From Albugo candida (Eukaryota), in assembly GCA_040437565.1 (NCBI GenBank), contig JBDOQK010000003.1, positions 682,001 to 746,000 on the forward strand: a stretch of DNA of 64,000 nt, given 5' to 3'. Positions 37,216-51,208 of this stretch are shown one piece after another (position 1 is the first letter of the stretch; each line of letters starts with the position of its first letter). Made by a program: the position numbers and the translations under genes. The notes beneath the pieces are model-generated. The model had not been told where the DNA came from. It made no database searches and saw nothing but the letters and a program-made list of their open reading frames with translations.

Positions 37216-38600
37216 ACTTGATCGAACAAGCGCTTCGCTCCGGCGGGCGTTTCTTCCCAAAGTGTCAGTAGTAAATACCTGTTGGATTTTCAAGGCCAAA
37301 ATTGTAATGGTGCTATAACTTGACTGAATTATTTAGGAATTGACACTAAATATCAATGGGTATATTTATCTATGTATCAGATCTGAGATTCTCGCATTTC
37401 CACATGTTTTGAGCCATGTGGTTGAGATTTTGGACGAATAGCTCTTCGATGTGTGCGCTGACTTGCAGAAATCGAGATTGATATAGACATCGAGTAGCTG
37501 CATGTGATGGTGTCACAAATCAATCCCACAGTTTTGTATCTCGCTCTATTAGTGTGACACATATTCTGCGGTAAGGTATGAATGTAGCACGAACGCTGCT
37601 TGCGTAGCGAATCGATTGATGATCACTGTATCACTAAATCAAAAAGTTCATCCCATGAATGGATAGAAGCGAACATGAATTCTTTCTTTTTACCAGTCAA
37701 ACATTCGAGTTGAATCTGTGGTATGTGCCCATTGCAACAACCGATAATATACCTTACTATCAGAAAAGAGACTTTATTTGAGTGATTCTTGATCACAAAT
37801 CGCTAGCGCTCGATCAAACGCTGTGTTTATCGGTCGCTTATCATCGAGACAGTTGTGCCCATACATTCCTACACGCTTCCGGTCCAAGTAACCGCTTCAT
37901 AGCCAGCCAGCTCATGGTGGCTGCTATTCCGATCAATTACAAGTGATTCTCACTTCATCTATAGCCGTGATCTTATTTCTTCGCGTGGTATATGACGACG
38001 CCTTCAAGTCAAAAACGATTCTCGATCAGAAGATTACTCTCACGTTTGTCATTTTGGTTGTTGCAAGTTCTGACTTCGATACAAGGCTATGACGAGTTGT
38101 TGACATCTATATTGTGTGATCAATGTGGAATTCCATAATGAAACTAGTAGTCAGACATCAAATCCCGAGGATAGCGAGACAGTGACTGGGTCAGTTACCT
38201 TCCAAATAAATGTCGACTATAGCATCACACTTTAAGCAGCGCGACGACTGCTCTCACTTCTCACACTGGGGCTTCTCATAGAATGTAAGCGAGGATTTTA
38301 TTATGCGAGAAGGCATACTTCAGTTATCATCGTTATCACTTGGTATCATACTGTATCGCCCGATGGGTGCAAAGAAATCGTTGAAATGAATGTATACCAA
38401 AAACGAATAAATACGTAATTCGCATAAATAGATAAACTATTTCAAATAATAAGACTTGATAATAAAGCCTCTTATATTTAGTTCGCGCACTTCTTCCGAG
38501 CCATCATTTCTTCCGTCGCACTATTTGGAAGCTAAATAACGCGATTAGAAGACGGTGCTAATAAAAAAAAAATCAAGCTACGTCAATATTTGTAGGACTT

Positions 38601-40832
38601 ATGTTGACACGATCAAGTACAAATTTGCGATCTGTACAGACCAAACAAGAAGCTACTAATGATTCAGAGAATTGCAGTCCCATCAATATGTTATGTAGCA
38701 GCCATACCAATGGCACTGCTGCTACTGAAACAGAATCATCTGAACACACACAAGTCAAATCGCCACTGATAGCAAAAAATGACTACCTTGCTCCTGATGC
38801 AGCTCCGCTGCTCGGGCCCGATACATGTGACATTCCGGCTTCACGGCAACCAACGGATAAAATTTCAGAAATCTCGCAGATATCAATGCAACTTCAGCAA
38901 CATGAGCAAAATGGAGTACATTCAATTTTACAAGAAGTAGATGCAGCAAATACGGTGATGGCTTCTCGTGTAAATGACGCAACGATGCAACAATTGCTAT
39001 TTCAGGCTCACGACCAAAGACATGATACCATTCAATTTTCCAGAGAGGACGATTTCACCAAAGTTACAGACTCGACTTTGCTGTCTGTGACATCTGAACC
39101 ACCTTCCGCAGTGATGTCGACTTCCGTAAATGCTTCTGTGGTCACTCCTCCAGATTGTTCTATCGCTGGTTCTTTCAGGACTATGTACTCTACTACCAAT
39201 AGCTCAAGCATGATTGAATCACAAAACAATTATCATAACGTGCTCAAACGAAAAAGTATTCCACTCAGTATGAAGAAAGAAGCAATCGAATGGATCAGTG
39301 GTCCAGGTAAAGGTATCCCTTCACGAGCTGAAAAACACTTTAGCGCTTTAGATTGGGATGTGAGTGCTTCGTCATTCCGAAAATGGTGGAAGAATCGTGA
39401 CAAAATAATGCGTGATGCCTCGAATAAAAAGCGAATTGCCGGTGGCGGTAGGAAACCCTATCTTGAATCTACTGAAGAAAGACTGCTGGTGGCTGTCATT
39501 CAAGAGCGTGCGAAGAAGGATCGAGTAACTCGCAAGTGGATCGCTCAGACTGCACAGCAGATGTTCCAGCATTCTAACTCTAATTTTAAAGCCTCTGAAA
39601 ATTGGGTCACCAAATTTATCCGTCGAAATGGATTGACATTGAAGCGAAGCTATGTCACCTACCCAGTGGATGGTACAACAGGGCTTGAAGAATCAGTCAT
39701 CGTCGAAGATACGTCACATCACGATCGAGGCGAAGCCGATAGGATGCTTATGAATCAGCAATCCGATCATNNNNNNNNNNNNNNNNNNNNNNNNNNNNNN
39801 NNNNNNNNNNNNNNNNNNNNNNNNNNNNNNNNNNNNNNNNNNNNNNNNNNNNNNNNNNNNNNNNNNNNNNGTCTGTGACATCTGAACCACCTTCCGCAGT
39901 GATGTCGACTTCCGTAAATGCTTCTGTGGTCACTCCTCCAGATTGTTCTATCGCTGGTTCTTTCAGGACTATGTACTCTACTACCAATAGCTCAAGCATG
40001 ATTGAATCACAAAACAATTATCATAACGTGCTCAAACGAAAAAGTATTCCACTCAGTATGAAGAAAGAAGCAATCGAATGGATCAGTGGTCCAGGTAAAG
40101 GTATCCCTTCACGAGCTGAAAAACACTTTAGCGCTTTAGATTGGGATGTGAGTGCTTCGTCATTCCGAAAATGGTGGAAGAATCGTGACAAAATAATGCG
40201 TGATGCCTCGAATAAAAAGCGAATTGCCGGTGGCGGTAGGAAACCCTATCTTGAATCTACTGAAGAAAGACTGCTGGTGGCTGTCATTCAAGAGCGTGCG
40301 AAGAAGGATCGAGTAACTCGCAAGTGGATCGCTCAGACTGCACAGCAGATGTTCCAGCATTCTAACTCTAATTTTAAAGCCTCTGAAAATTGGGTCACCA
40401 AATTTATCCGTCGAAATGGATTGACATTGAAGCGAAGCTATGTCACCTACCCAGTGGATGGTACAACAGGGCTTGAAGAATCAGTCATCGTCGAAGATAC
40501 GTCACATCACGATCGAGGCGAAGCCGATAGGATGCTTATGAATCAGCAATCCGATCATGTCTTTAATGAGAATACAATGAGTATGGTCTCTACTGGAATC
40601 GCGGATGGGTTTCATGCGTCCCCTGCTCATGATGTTTTGGACGTAGATGCTGGCTCTAGAAGCGGTACACTCGAATCCCATCTGATTCTACATCATGAGC
40701 ATCCATCGAATTCTGGTGACGTGATGATACCAGACGACAACATCAATGACATCCAAGGAAGGTATGTCTCATAAATTCATCCAATTTTATCATCTGATGT
40801 ATCACAAGCTATCTGCTAGGGCTGTTGTTTGA
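38601..40832 (+). CDS. CENP-B/pogo(Tc5)-type HTH DNA-binding protein lacking a DDE domain (about 0.7 kb gap-flank duplication inside)
   Basis: KRKSIPLSMKKEAIEW..FRKWWKNRDKI..GGGRKP..EERL..VTRKWIAQTA..FKASENWVTKFIRRNGLTLKR; possible last intron near 40761-40819. Confidence 0.75.
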
Positions 40833-41234
40833 TAGGTTTCAAATTCATTTTGAATGCGTTTTGACTTTGTCAACATTGCATGTACATTGGATTGATATCC
40901 GGTTCTGTAAAGCTCTGATGATAGAATTCGTTATGGCCGAGTACCAATACGATATTTACCGAGATTTCCGTCTCTTTTCCTTTTCAAGTGCGTTCAATAT
41001 TTGAGCAAATCTCAGTATAGCTTTTCATTATCGTTTGAGTGTATGGACCTGCTCATGAGAAACAATGCAAAGTCGTTTGCACAATCACACGCAAAAGCGT
41101 CCCATACCTCAACAATTCCTCACATAAGCGCATGCATCCGTTACATCCAGACGCCTTCACGTATTGTGTTCACAGCGTGAGGTATAGTCGAGATCCAGGT
41201 TTAGCATGACGTAGCTCTTGGCATGCTGTCGATT

Positions 41235-42902
41235 TTAACCTTGAGAAATGTATCGATTTGCATTGACCATGTGATTGCCGTCTACGACAGGTTTATGCAC
41301 GCTACGACCGCCGCTGGTTGCGTCAGATCTGAATAGGTTGAGATTCCCTTTGATGATTAGTAATGAGTTGACTTTATTCATGACGTCAGAATTGACCAAA
41401 GTGCCGTCTGTAATATGCTTCAAACATATTTCAATTTCCTTGTTTTCGATCTCCAGGCGTTCTTTTGCACGTTTGAGGACCAGTTCATCAAGCACCACTT
41501 TGTTAAACCGTTTCCAAAAGTTATCGAGATAGTTCCATTCCGTGACAGCTTTACCATCGGGATGAGTCACCAAAGCCTGATACTCATAAAATCTTGAATC
41601 GTTTCGATCCTCCCCACCCGGAACGGAGTCGGAGTCGGAGTCGGAGACGGCACATCGAATACTGTTACTAGTTGCATCAGCCTCTGCTTTGTATTCTTCC
41701 GAGTTGATCCCTACAAATGGTGCTATGCGTTCCGAGTCCGTTTCACATTTGCGAACAAGCTCTCCAAGTGATAGGATCCGTTCCATCAGTTTAAGCTGCT
41801 CATCTAAAGTAGCTATAGTCGTGTGTGCTTTTCCCGATAATTCAGCCAGCTGCTTCCTATTTCTATCTCTCATCGTGTTCATTTTCGTCTTCAGTTTCTG
41901 GAAATGAGCTGCCACAGTCTTCCGCTCCTTTTCCAGACCTCGGTTTCTTTCACTGCTTTCTTTGCCATCCTGAGCGATCTTGGTTCTCCAAGCGGCGATA
42001 GTGAATTGTATGCGCTCAATTTTTCTGATCTTTAGCTCGATATCTCGAGACAAATCCTGATCTTTTGTCTTCAGATATTTGAAGTCCTGAGTTCGTTGAT
42101 CGGTATTTTGTAGATAAGTCAGATGAGCAGCTTCAAAATGCTGTTCTAATTCTTCAATAGAAGAATCTAGCATAATGCGCAATACATTAAATTCTTCCGA
42201 GTTTTTATTCCTTATTTCTTCTCTCAATTGTTCGTGCTCCTGACGTGCCTCAGCTTCTCTTTCTCTCTCTTGTACTTCCACAGCACGCATGAGTCTATTC
42301 AGTTCCTGTTTCTCAATACTGTGCTGATTGATCAGATTCTGTTTCTCCGAAGCATAACCCTGTGAGAGATATTCAAGATCTCTTTGAAAATCTCGCTCTA
42401 ATGCTGTCATACGCTTATCTTGTAGCGCTATAAGACGATCCACATGACATAGATGCGACCGCAAAGAAGCTTGGAATTGTTCTTCTGCCTCGTCCAGATC
42501 ATGGGTGAGCATCTGAATGGCCGCATCTTTGCGATCCAAATCGCGTTCATGCTGTTGTGACCGGATCTCAACCTGTTTGCGTAAGTTTTCTACCTTCAGT
42601 GCACGCATAACAGAACGCCATTGACTTTGTATCTTTGACAGATTCAACCTCGATATTTTCTCTTCTTTCTCTTTCATATCTAGCAGTTTCTTGTTCTTGG
42701 TTACAGCTAAACGCTTCAAAGAATCCATCATCTCCATTCGCTGGATAGAGTCCTGTAAGCGTAAATCCTCATCTGTGCCATCTGGAGTAGCCTTGGCGAC
42801 ATCCTTACTCTGGCCTTTCACGGCTTTACCTAATTGTGCTCCACCACGCAATCTTATCGTTGCATGGAGCACTAGCGCTGAACTGCCGTCGAAGCTGATC
42901 AT
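41235..42902 (-). CDS. DRC2: Dynein regulatory complex subunit 2 (CCDC65/FAP250) with ubiquitin-tail-like N-terminal leader
   Basis: EEKISRLNLSKIQSQWRSVMR..DLDEAEEQFQASLRSHL..D.LIALQ; C-terminal LDNFWKRFNKVVLD; long coiled coil. Confidence 0.88.
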   Translation of the reverse strand: MISFDGSSALVLHATIRLRGGAQLGKAVKGQSKDVAKATPDGTDEDLRLQDSIQRMEMMDSLKRLAVTKNKKLLDMKEKEEKISRLNLSKIQSQWRSVMRALKVENLRKQVEIRSQQHERDLDRKDAAIQMLTHDLDEAEEQFQASLRSHLCHVDRLIALQDKRMTALERDFQRDLEYLSQGYASEKQNLINQHSIEKQELNRLMRAVEVQEREREAEARQEHEQLREEIRNKNSEEFNVLRIMLDSSIEELEQHFEAAHLTYLQNTDQRTQDFKYLKTKDQDLSRDIELKIRKIERIQFTIAAWRTKIAQDGKESSERNRGLEKERKTVAAHFQKLKTKMNTMRDRNRKQLAELSGKAHTTIATLDEQLKLMERILSLGELVRKCETDSERIAPFVGINSEEYKAEADATSNSIRCAVSDSDSDSVPGGEDRNDSRFYEYQALVTHPDGKAVTEWNYLDNFWKRFNKVVLDELVLKRAKERLEIENKEIEICLKHITDGTLVNSDVMNKVNSLLIIKGNLNLFRSDATSGGRSVHKPVVDGNHMVNANRYISQG

Positions 42903-43066
42903 GACTAAACGATTAAAAACGTAACATCAGTTTTTCGATTCCCTTTAGATTTCTAAAACTGTGGACCCGAAACGGCCAGATAGATGCGACCACTTGTGTG
43001 ATAGCGTCTATATGCGCCAACAAGTAAGGATCCGATGCAAAATAACGATTTTATATGTTCAACGCA

Positions 43067-44374
43067 TTATCGCTTTCTCTTTGTTTCTTTTCTCAAGATT
43101 TTGCCGGGAGCGAGGTACGGCCGTTGTTGATATAGCGGTCCGTTTGCTGTTGTGTCCGCTGCGTACTCTCCTTGGGAAAATAGAGCATCCGCCCATTTTC
43201 CACGGCCAGCGGTGGGATCAAGCGGATCTACCTTGCTATTTTCTTTCCGCGACCTCGGTCGTTTCTTATTGCTGGTATTATGCTCGACCGAGTTCGTTCG
43301 AACTGATGGAGAAACAGATCTCGGTGCATTTTCGCTTGTGATTAAAGATCGGGTCGCTGCGGGAAGCACCTGGCTGGTTTTCACAGAGATATCTTGACCA
43401 GTACCGGAGTTTTCCGATAAAATCTGTGTGCTTGTATCATGTTGACCCTTACCTTCTGTTTCGGTCTGGGAGCATGGATTCAACTTTTCTGGATTAGTTT
43501 GGCCGCATTGTTCGAGTATTTTATCAAGCTTTGACATGGCATTCAGCGCTTTTTCTACGCAGTTCAGTAAGATTGAAGTACAAAGACATATAGTAGAGAC
43601 GAAAGCAGATCTACCGTTAGATACCGGGACGTTTGGAAGGGTCCATGTTGATTCATGAGTTTTTTTGTTCCAGTAGTATACATGATTGGTGGTGGAGTCT
43701 CGGAGTGCTTGCCAATCGCTCATAACGTCACTAATTGATACGACTTGTCAGTCTTGGACGTCACGCAAATTAGACCAAAAACGTACGATTCCGAACTATT
43801 ATCGCCATCAAGGCTTCTTTGCTCCTTCAATCAATGTATATCAGACGTCAGGAATTTCATTTACTCGTTCACGACGACAACCTTTTCTGATGGAGGCTCC
43901 CACCGCGTTTCGTTCGTTTTCTGTAGGATTTGTGAGAAATAAGTTTATCGCATTATCAGTAGCTTGAGATACCTCATTCCAGAAATACTTCTGACCGGAT
44001 TCCGAATCGAAAGCCTCTTTCCAAGTCTCTACTTGTTTTGATGTTTTGCAATTCGAGTTTATCATCAATTCTTCTTTAGTATAGTATTGTTCTCGATCTG
44101 ATAATGAATTACTCGTGGATAACGCTTTAGCATTGCGCTGTGCAATAACCTGCAGCGTGTTGTCTCGTATTCTCGGGTCCACGGTCATCAGGGAAGACTC
44201 AGGATACTGTTGTGTGATGAATTGAGATACTTTGTTCTTGTACTTTGATCGCGCATTTTCTTCCCTTAGCTGCTCTTGGTAGCTTGGGCCACTTCCAGTT
44301 TCGGATAGATGCCTCATTGCAGTGGCACGAGCTCTTTGAGCTTCATGCTCTTTTCTGACTCGGTCTAGTGACAT
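43067..44374 (-). CDS. PQBP1: PQBP1-like WW-domain splicing factor
   Basis: Two WW-like segments (WKEAFDSESGQKYFWN; WQALRDSTTNHVYYWNKKTHESTWTLP) and C-terminal DPLDP..ADTTANGPLYQQRPYLAPGKILR (U5-15kD-binding type). Confidence 0.8.
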
Positions 44375-45546
44375 TTATTTTGTATATTACTATAATATAT
44401 CATGAGGTTTATTCAATCCCATACATTCAAATGTGCACTTAGATTATAGCAATTACAGCGACCAGAGTTTTTTCCATCAAACAGCTATTCTATGGATCAA
44501 AGCATGTTAGCAAACCTTTCAGTATGGTATTCTCAACTGTCACAGCTCAAACTTTGGTCAGTACTCGAGCTTTTTGGTTTGCAAATATTCGAGTCTTGCA
44601 TTGACACCGCGAATCGGAGTGGCATTCACTCACGGACTGATTTGAAAAGCAACAAGATGGTCGATCTGTCGAATACTTACGTTCTTACACCCCTCATCAC
44701 AATGTTATTACCCACATGATAGTAATTAGACAAACGAAAATGCTTACAATAGATTCTCGTTTCGCTGCTCCTGTAGCAAAATATCTGCATGAATATCAAC
44801 GGTGAGGTGAGTCAGCAAATATGTCTGCGGCTGAAAGTGTCGTGAAAGAGGATGTTGCGACCAAGCACATTGACTTTGAGAACGCGTAACGAAATGCCAA
44901 GGCGTGCAGCTCAGTTTTATGATGATACGAATGACAAATCAAAGTACACATAGCATATTATTCTACATACTTGTACGCAACCGACTCTACGACTTTAAAC
45001 TACAGCCTAAGATTGAGACGCTATATGACAGCTCCATAGAATCGTTGTATAAACATTACCATCCACTTATTCGGTAAGTTCCCCTGACTACTTGCATTGT
45101 TCAAGGTCTAAGTGCTAGAGATCAAGGCGCTCACGACGAAAGGTGTCCCCTTCACTTGCTTGTTGGCTACTCTATCTGAAAGGAGCAAATCCTCGTGTGC
45201 TACTGAGTGAGTGCACGAGAAAAAGCTTGGCATTGAGACCGCGATGGGCAATATGGACGTGACCGAACCTAGACGACACGGACCAGGANNNNNNNNNNNN
45301 NNNNNNNNNNNNNNNNNNNNNNNNNNNNNNNNNNNNNNNNNNNNNNNNNNNNNNNNNNNNNNNNNNNNNNNNNNNNNNNNNNNNNNNNTAGACGACACGG
45401 ACCAGGACCAAGCCTTCAATACATTTTCTAAGCGAAACGAGCCAGCTATTTACACCCAATCATTTCAACCGTCAAAAACCAAAAGCCCCCAAAATTTCTA
45501 AACTTGCATTTTTGAATAAAGTAATCGAGAATAAACATTTACCATA

Positions 45547-47651
<2,105 letters not shown>

Positions 47652-49196
47652 AAGGGATTTTCCACTGGTCTTAGAAACTTGTTTCCACTTGCTGCTGTAC
47701 ACAATATAGGGTCTTTAATGTCCCTACTCCTTTTTATGGTGTGAAGTAATGGAATGGATGGAGTGATCTATGAAAGTTTCTCACGTACACATTGAATAGT
47801 TTCTAGAGACACCTCGCTTTATCAGAAGCAATATGATGCAATATAAGGATTTCGTGCAATTTGATTCGTACAAATATGCTATGTACTTACTTGGTTCTTG
47901 ATCGTGGTCGATATTGTCAGCTATGACACTTCACATCTGTGGTAAGAAACTATTGGATTGCTTTCATTCAAAACATTATATAATATCTTAATGGGACTGA
48001 GATGGATTACCGTGGTGATCGTCTCTCGAATTCATTCACAGCCATGGTGCAACGAGAAAGTTGATCGACATATAAGGCGAGCTACGAACCGATATTGACA
48101 TCGTATAACAGGTGAGTGCAGTCTTTGTGTGAATTGACTGATGATGAAGCTGTGAAGGAAATATTGACTCAGATGGTCAATAGAACATGCTGAATCGAAA
48201 GAGGGTTCAAACAATAGGAAGGAGTACTTGTGCTGCTCACGTTGTCCGAGCACAGCATTTGGTTCGGCTATCAAGCTGTCCAGTAAAATAATTGAGGTTT
48301 GGACTACATTTAGCTCATCAAACTATGTGTTCGGAGGTTGCTTATCTTGAACTGCCCAATCAAGACTTAAAAAGAGTAGGGAAGCATCTGTAGGAACGGG
48401 AAGTAAACGAAAGCTATAATTGTATGGTACGAGTACTCATGAAGGTATTCACCTTCAATCTACTTGATTACGAGATCTAAAGTATGACGTGAAAAGTCTC
48501 TGAGCCATAAAATATGCTGATGCAGTGCTTGTGTAGACCTGGGCATTTGTTCTCTTAGGCCAGAGTGTATCAGCGAAGTCCCTTTGGTAGTTAGAATGTT
48601 TATAGGGTCGTACAAAGGCATTTTTATATGAATGGAAGTAGAGAACACGATGTGCATTTGCCAAGTCAACTTTGTGATGATCGATTTCGAGAACGCTCCC
48701 GACTTTTGAGTAATACCCACGTCGCTTTAGAGCCCTTACGGAGTTGCCCCAGTTGATAGATTCGTGGTATCTAGACTGTAGTAATGACTTGGACGGTAGA
48801 ATCCGCTCGTTCCTACTCGGAGGATAGATCCTTACCTTCGTATGTCTTCACTTCCTATTGAGATAACCTTATACTATCGATGACCTCGAATTGATTGGCT
48901 GACATGTCCATGTCGACATCGAACTAATGGATGTAATTGTCCCATCGTTGCCCGAAAGGAAAGGGGAACCGACTCGAAATGTCGCAAGATCATAGCGCAT
49001 GAGCGGAAGATTTTTAGCAGCAGTGGACAAACGGATCAATCATGTGACAAGTGCCGACTATCTATGCTTGTAATTCACTTTGAATTTTGACAGCCTGGAT
49101 GAGGGGCCTCAGATATTCGTCTTGTGCCGTAATCCTTAAACCTCATACTCGAGGGTGGTACTCACCAAAATCTGTACAAAGCCTTTGAAACACTAA

Positions 49197-49213
49197 CCAC
49201 TTTTCGATTTACC
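49197..49213 (+). promoter_or_regulatory. INR-FPR-like core promoter of secreted protein 1
   Basis: CCACTTTTCGATTTACC about 45 nt upstream of ATG 49245; aligns with the paralog's element. Confidence 0.45.
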
Positions 49214-49244
49214 AGCAACAGACGACTTGACCATTGAACTCACC

Positions 49245-49709
49245 ATGTCTTGCATCCATACTTCTTACAGCTATAAAATTGGTGTTTTTCTTGTCATCTT
49301 GAATGGAGCGTTTCAGCTTGCTGTCTCCTGCTTTAGGTCACAGAATTGCGCCTATACACATTTGATATCTGTGGGGAAAAGTTCGGCAGTTAACATCGAA
49401 AAATTGATGGAGTGTGGTGAGTGTCTAACAACATCTGACCGCAACAACTTTGGGTATATCCAAAAAGCTGATAGACATTCTCATTTTCCTGTAACTAACC
49501 AAAACGTGAAAAAGATCTATTGGATTGGAAAGAATATTCAAACGACGGAAGCCGCTTTTGAAAATTGTCGTTCTTCATGTCCTAAGCTGAGCCTCGCAGA
49601 AACCACATTCAAAAAGATGTTTAAGGAGTTGACTCCCATCTACAACATGGCAGTGGAGTTCCCGAAAGCAGAAATTGTAAAGCCTCCGCGATTTTTCAGT
49701 TGCTTTTAG
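49245..49709 (+). CDS. Small putatively secreted Cys protein (CHxC/CCG-like effector candidate 1)
   Basis: Hydrophobic N-terminus IGVFLVILNGAFQLAVS; CGECL and CRSSCPKL motifs; intronless; paralogous to 51209-51703. Confidence 0.65.
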   Translation: MSCIHTSYSYKIGVFLVILNGAFQLAVSCFRSQNCAYTHLISVGKSSAVNIEKLMECGECLTTSDRNNFGYIQKADRHSHFPVTNQNVKKIYWIGKNIQTTEAAFENCRSSCPKLSLAETTFKKMFKELTPIYNMAVEFPKAEIVKPPRFFSCF

Positions 49710-50290
49710 GCGCTTTCTTAGTCATTTTATTGCGAGAATACGAGTTTGTCATGATACAATTTTGAATTCCATGTATTGTTGCAATGATTTATCCAATCGC
49801 TTTAATTCGATGTACATGCATAATTTGACAATGTGATGTTCGCACTTTTCTCCTGTTTGCGCGACTTTACATCCGTTGCTACTGTACTATCTATCACTGG
49901 ACGCTGCAATATGGAGCCACCAAATGAAGAAATATTCCTTCCCGACGTGTTAAATTAAGAAATGAATGAGTTGTGAGTATTGTACCGAAAAAGAAAACTG
50001 ATGTCGGAGGACGCTATGGGACCCCCAGATGTCGCATGTCATCAGCGTAGCTACTGATTATTTCAGCGTCAAATAACGTTCTTGAGCACACCATCTCAGA
50101 CCGAATGCATTCGCCAGATTTAATTCAGAAGAGTCAAACATCAATATCGGCCTGTTTTCTCCCTGCCCGGAATCCGAAAAGTACACCAACGCATTGCATT
50201 TATCGACTCTCAAATATACCCCCGCTATGATCCTACTCCCTATGATTTCTCTCTCTGCGCGTCTAAACCGTGAGAGAGACTATTAGGTGT

Positions 50291-50322
50291 CAATATCAAT
50301 ATCAATATCAATATCAATATCA
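50291..50322 (+). repeat. (CAATAT)5 microsatellite
   Basis: caatatcaatatcaatatcaatatcaatatca read directly. Confidence 0.9.
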
Positions 50323-50485
50323 GCTTTATTCTAGCTATCGCCTTGTCGCAGCACATGATATGAGAATTTATTCTCGAATGCCATCAGTCACTAGCTATCG
50401 CTTCTCCATCAGTGCACTTTCATACCAGATTATATGCCGACTCAGTTTGGGAATTCTACATCGATTGATTGAGCGCTTGATAAGC

Positions 50486-50575
50486 AGGTTTTATGATCCT
50501 CATTCAGACATCCCAAGTGCGTGGGAAAGTAGGTTTTACTATCCTCATTCGAATATTCTAAGTGGACGGGCAAGT
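50486..50575 (+). repeat. Imperfect 45-bp tandem duplication
   Basis: aggttttatgatcctcattcagacatcccaagtgcgtgggaaagt followed by aggttttactatcctcattcgaatattctaagtggacgggcaagt. Confidence 0.75.
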
Positions 50576-51157
50576 TGAGCATCGTACCCTAAACTTGGGA
50601 AGCGCTATAGCTGTCGATCGTTGGCTTCAATGAAGTTGAATGGGCTGATACCACAAACTCTCACTGTCGATGTTGAACATCCCCACGTGATAACCCTATG
50701 TTGACGAAACGATAAGTGCGTATGTATCAAAAGAATGCTCTAAGAGAAAACCTTTTGTGTGATTGTGTGGTTGACTGACTTTACACTATTCGCTGCAGCT
50801 ACGAACGCCCAGTAACGTGTTGCTCGAGTGCTGATTATCTCCGACACGACCCTGACTCGGAATTTTCTGATCGTGGGTTTGCATGACGATACTGAGTATC
50901 TCTGGCTACGAATTTAATATAGCATTTCAGATCTTTGGGCTACATGGCGATCTGGATTATTGGATTAAATTAATATGTCCATCCTCACCACCTTTAAGGT
51001 TTAAGCAAAATGTCCCTTATTTGAAAATTTGAAACGTTGCTGCAAAGCGATCGTGGTAAGGAGAACCTCGGCGAACCCTTGAAAGTGGTACTGAAGCTGA
51101 ACATGTTCCCGCAGCGGGAAAGCTGCTTTCTTCCACTGGATGAAAATTATTTATCAA

Positions 51158-51174
51158 TCATTCTCAAATTCACC
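51158..51174 (+). promoter_or_regulatory. INR-FPR core promoter of secreted protein 2
   Basis: TCATTCTCAAATTCACC about 50 nt upstream of ATG 51209. Confidence 0.6.
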
Positions 51175-51208
51175 TGCAACTCAAAACAATTCGAACTTAG
51201 CCATCACG

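Noticed and set aside
39082..40558. Two tandem CENP-B-like genes
   Set aside because: Identical sequence on both sides of a 100-N gap; one gene
40806..41120. Possible small spliced gene on the minus strand (ILRFAQILNALEKEKRRKS..)
   Set aside because: No consistent start or upstream exon, no recognisable homology, and it overlaps the 3' end of the CENP-B-like gene
41622..41650. (GGAGTC)n repeat
   Set aside because: Encodes an SDSDSD low-complexity stretch in DRC2
48455..48780. Possible third decayed CxxC effector paralog on the minus strand (KCTSC)
   Set aside because: No signal peptide, stops nearby, and no alignment with the two paralogs beyond CxxC
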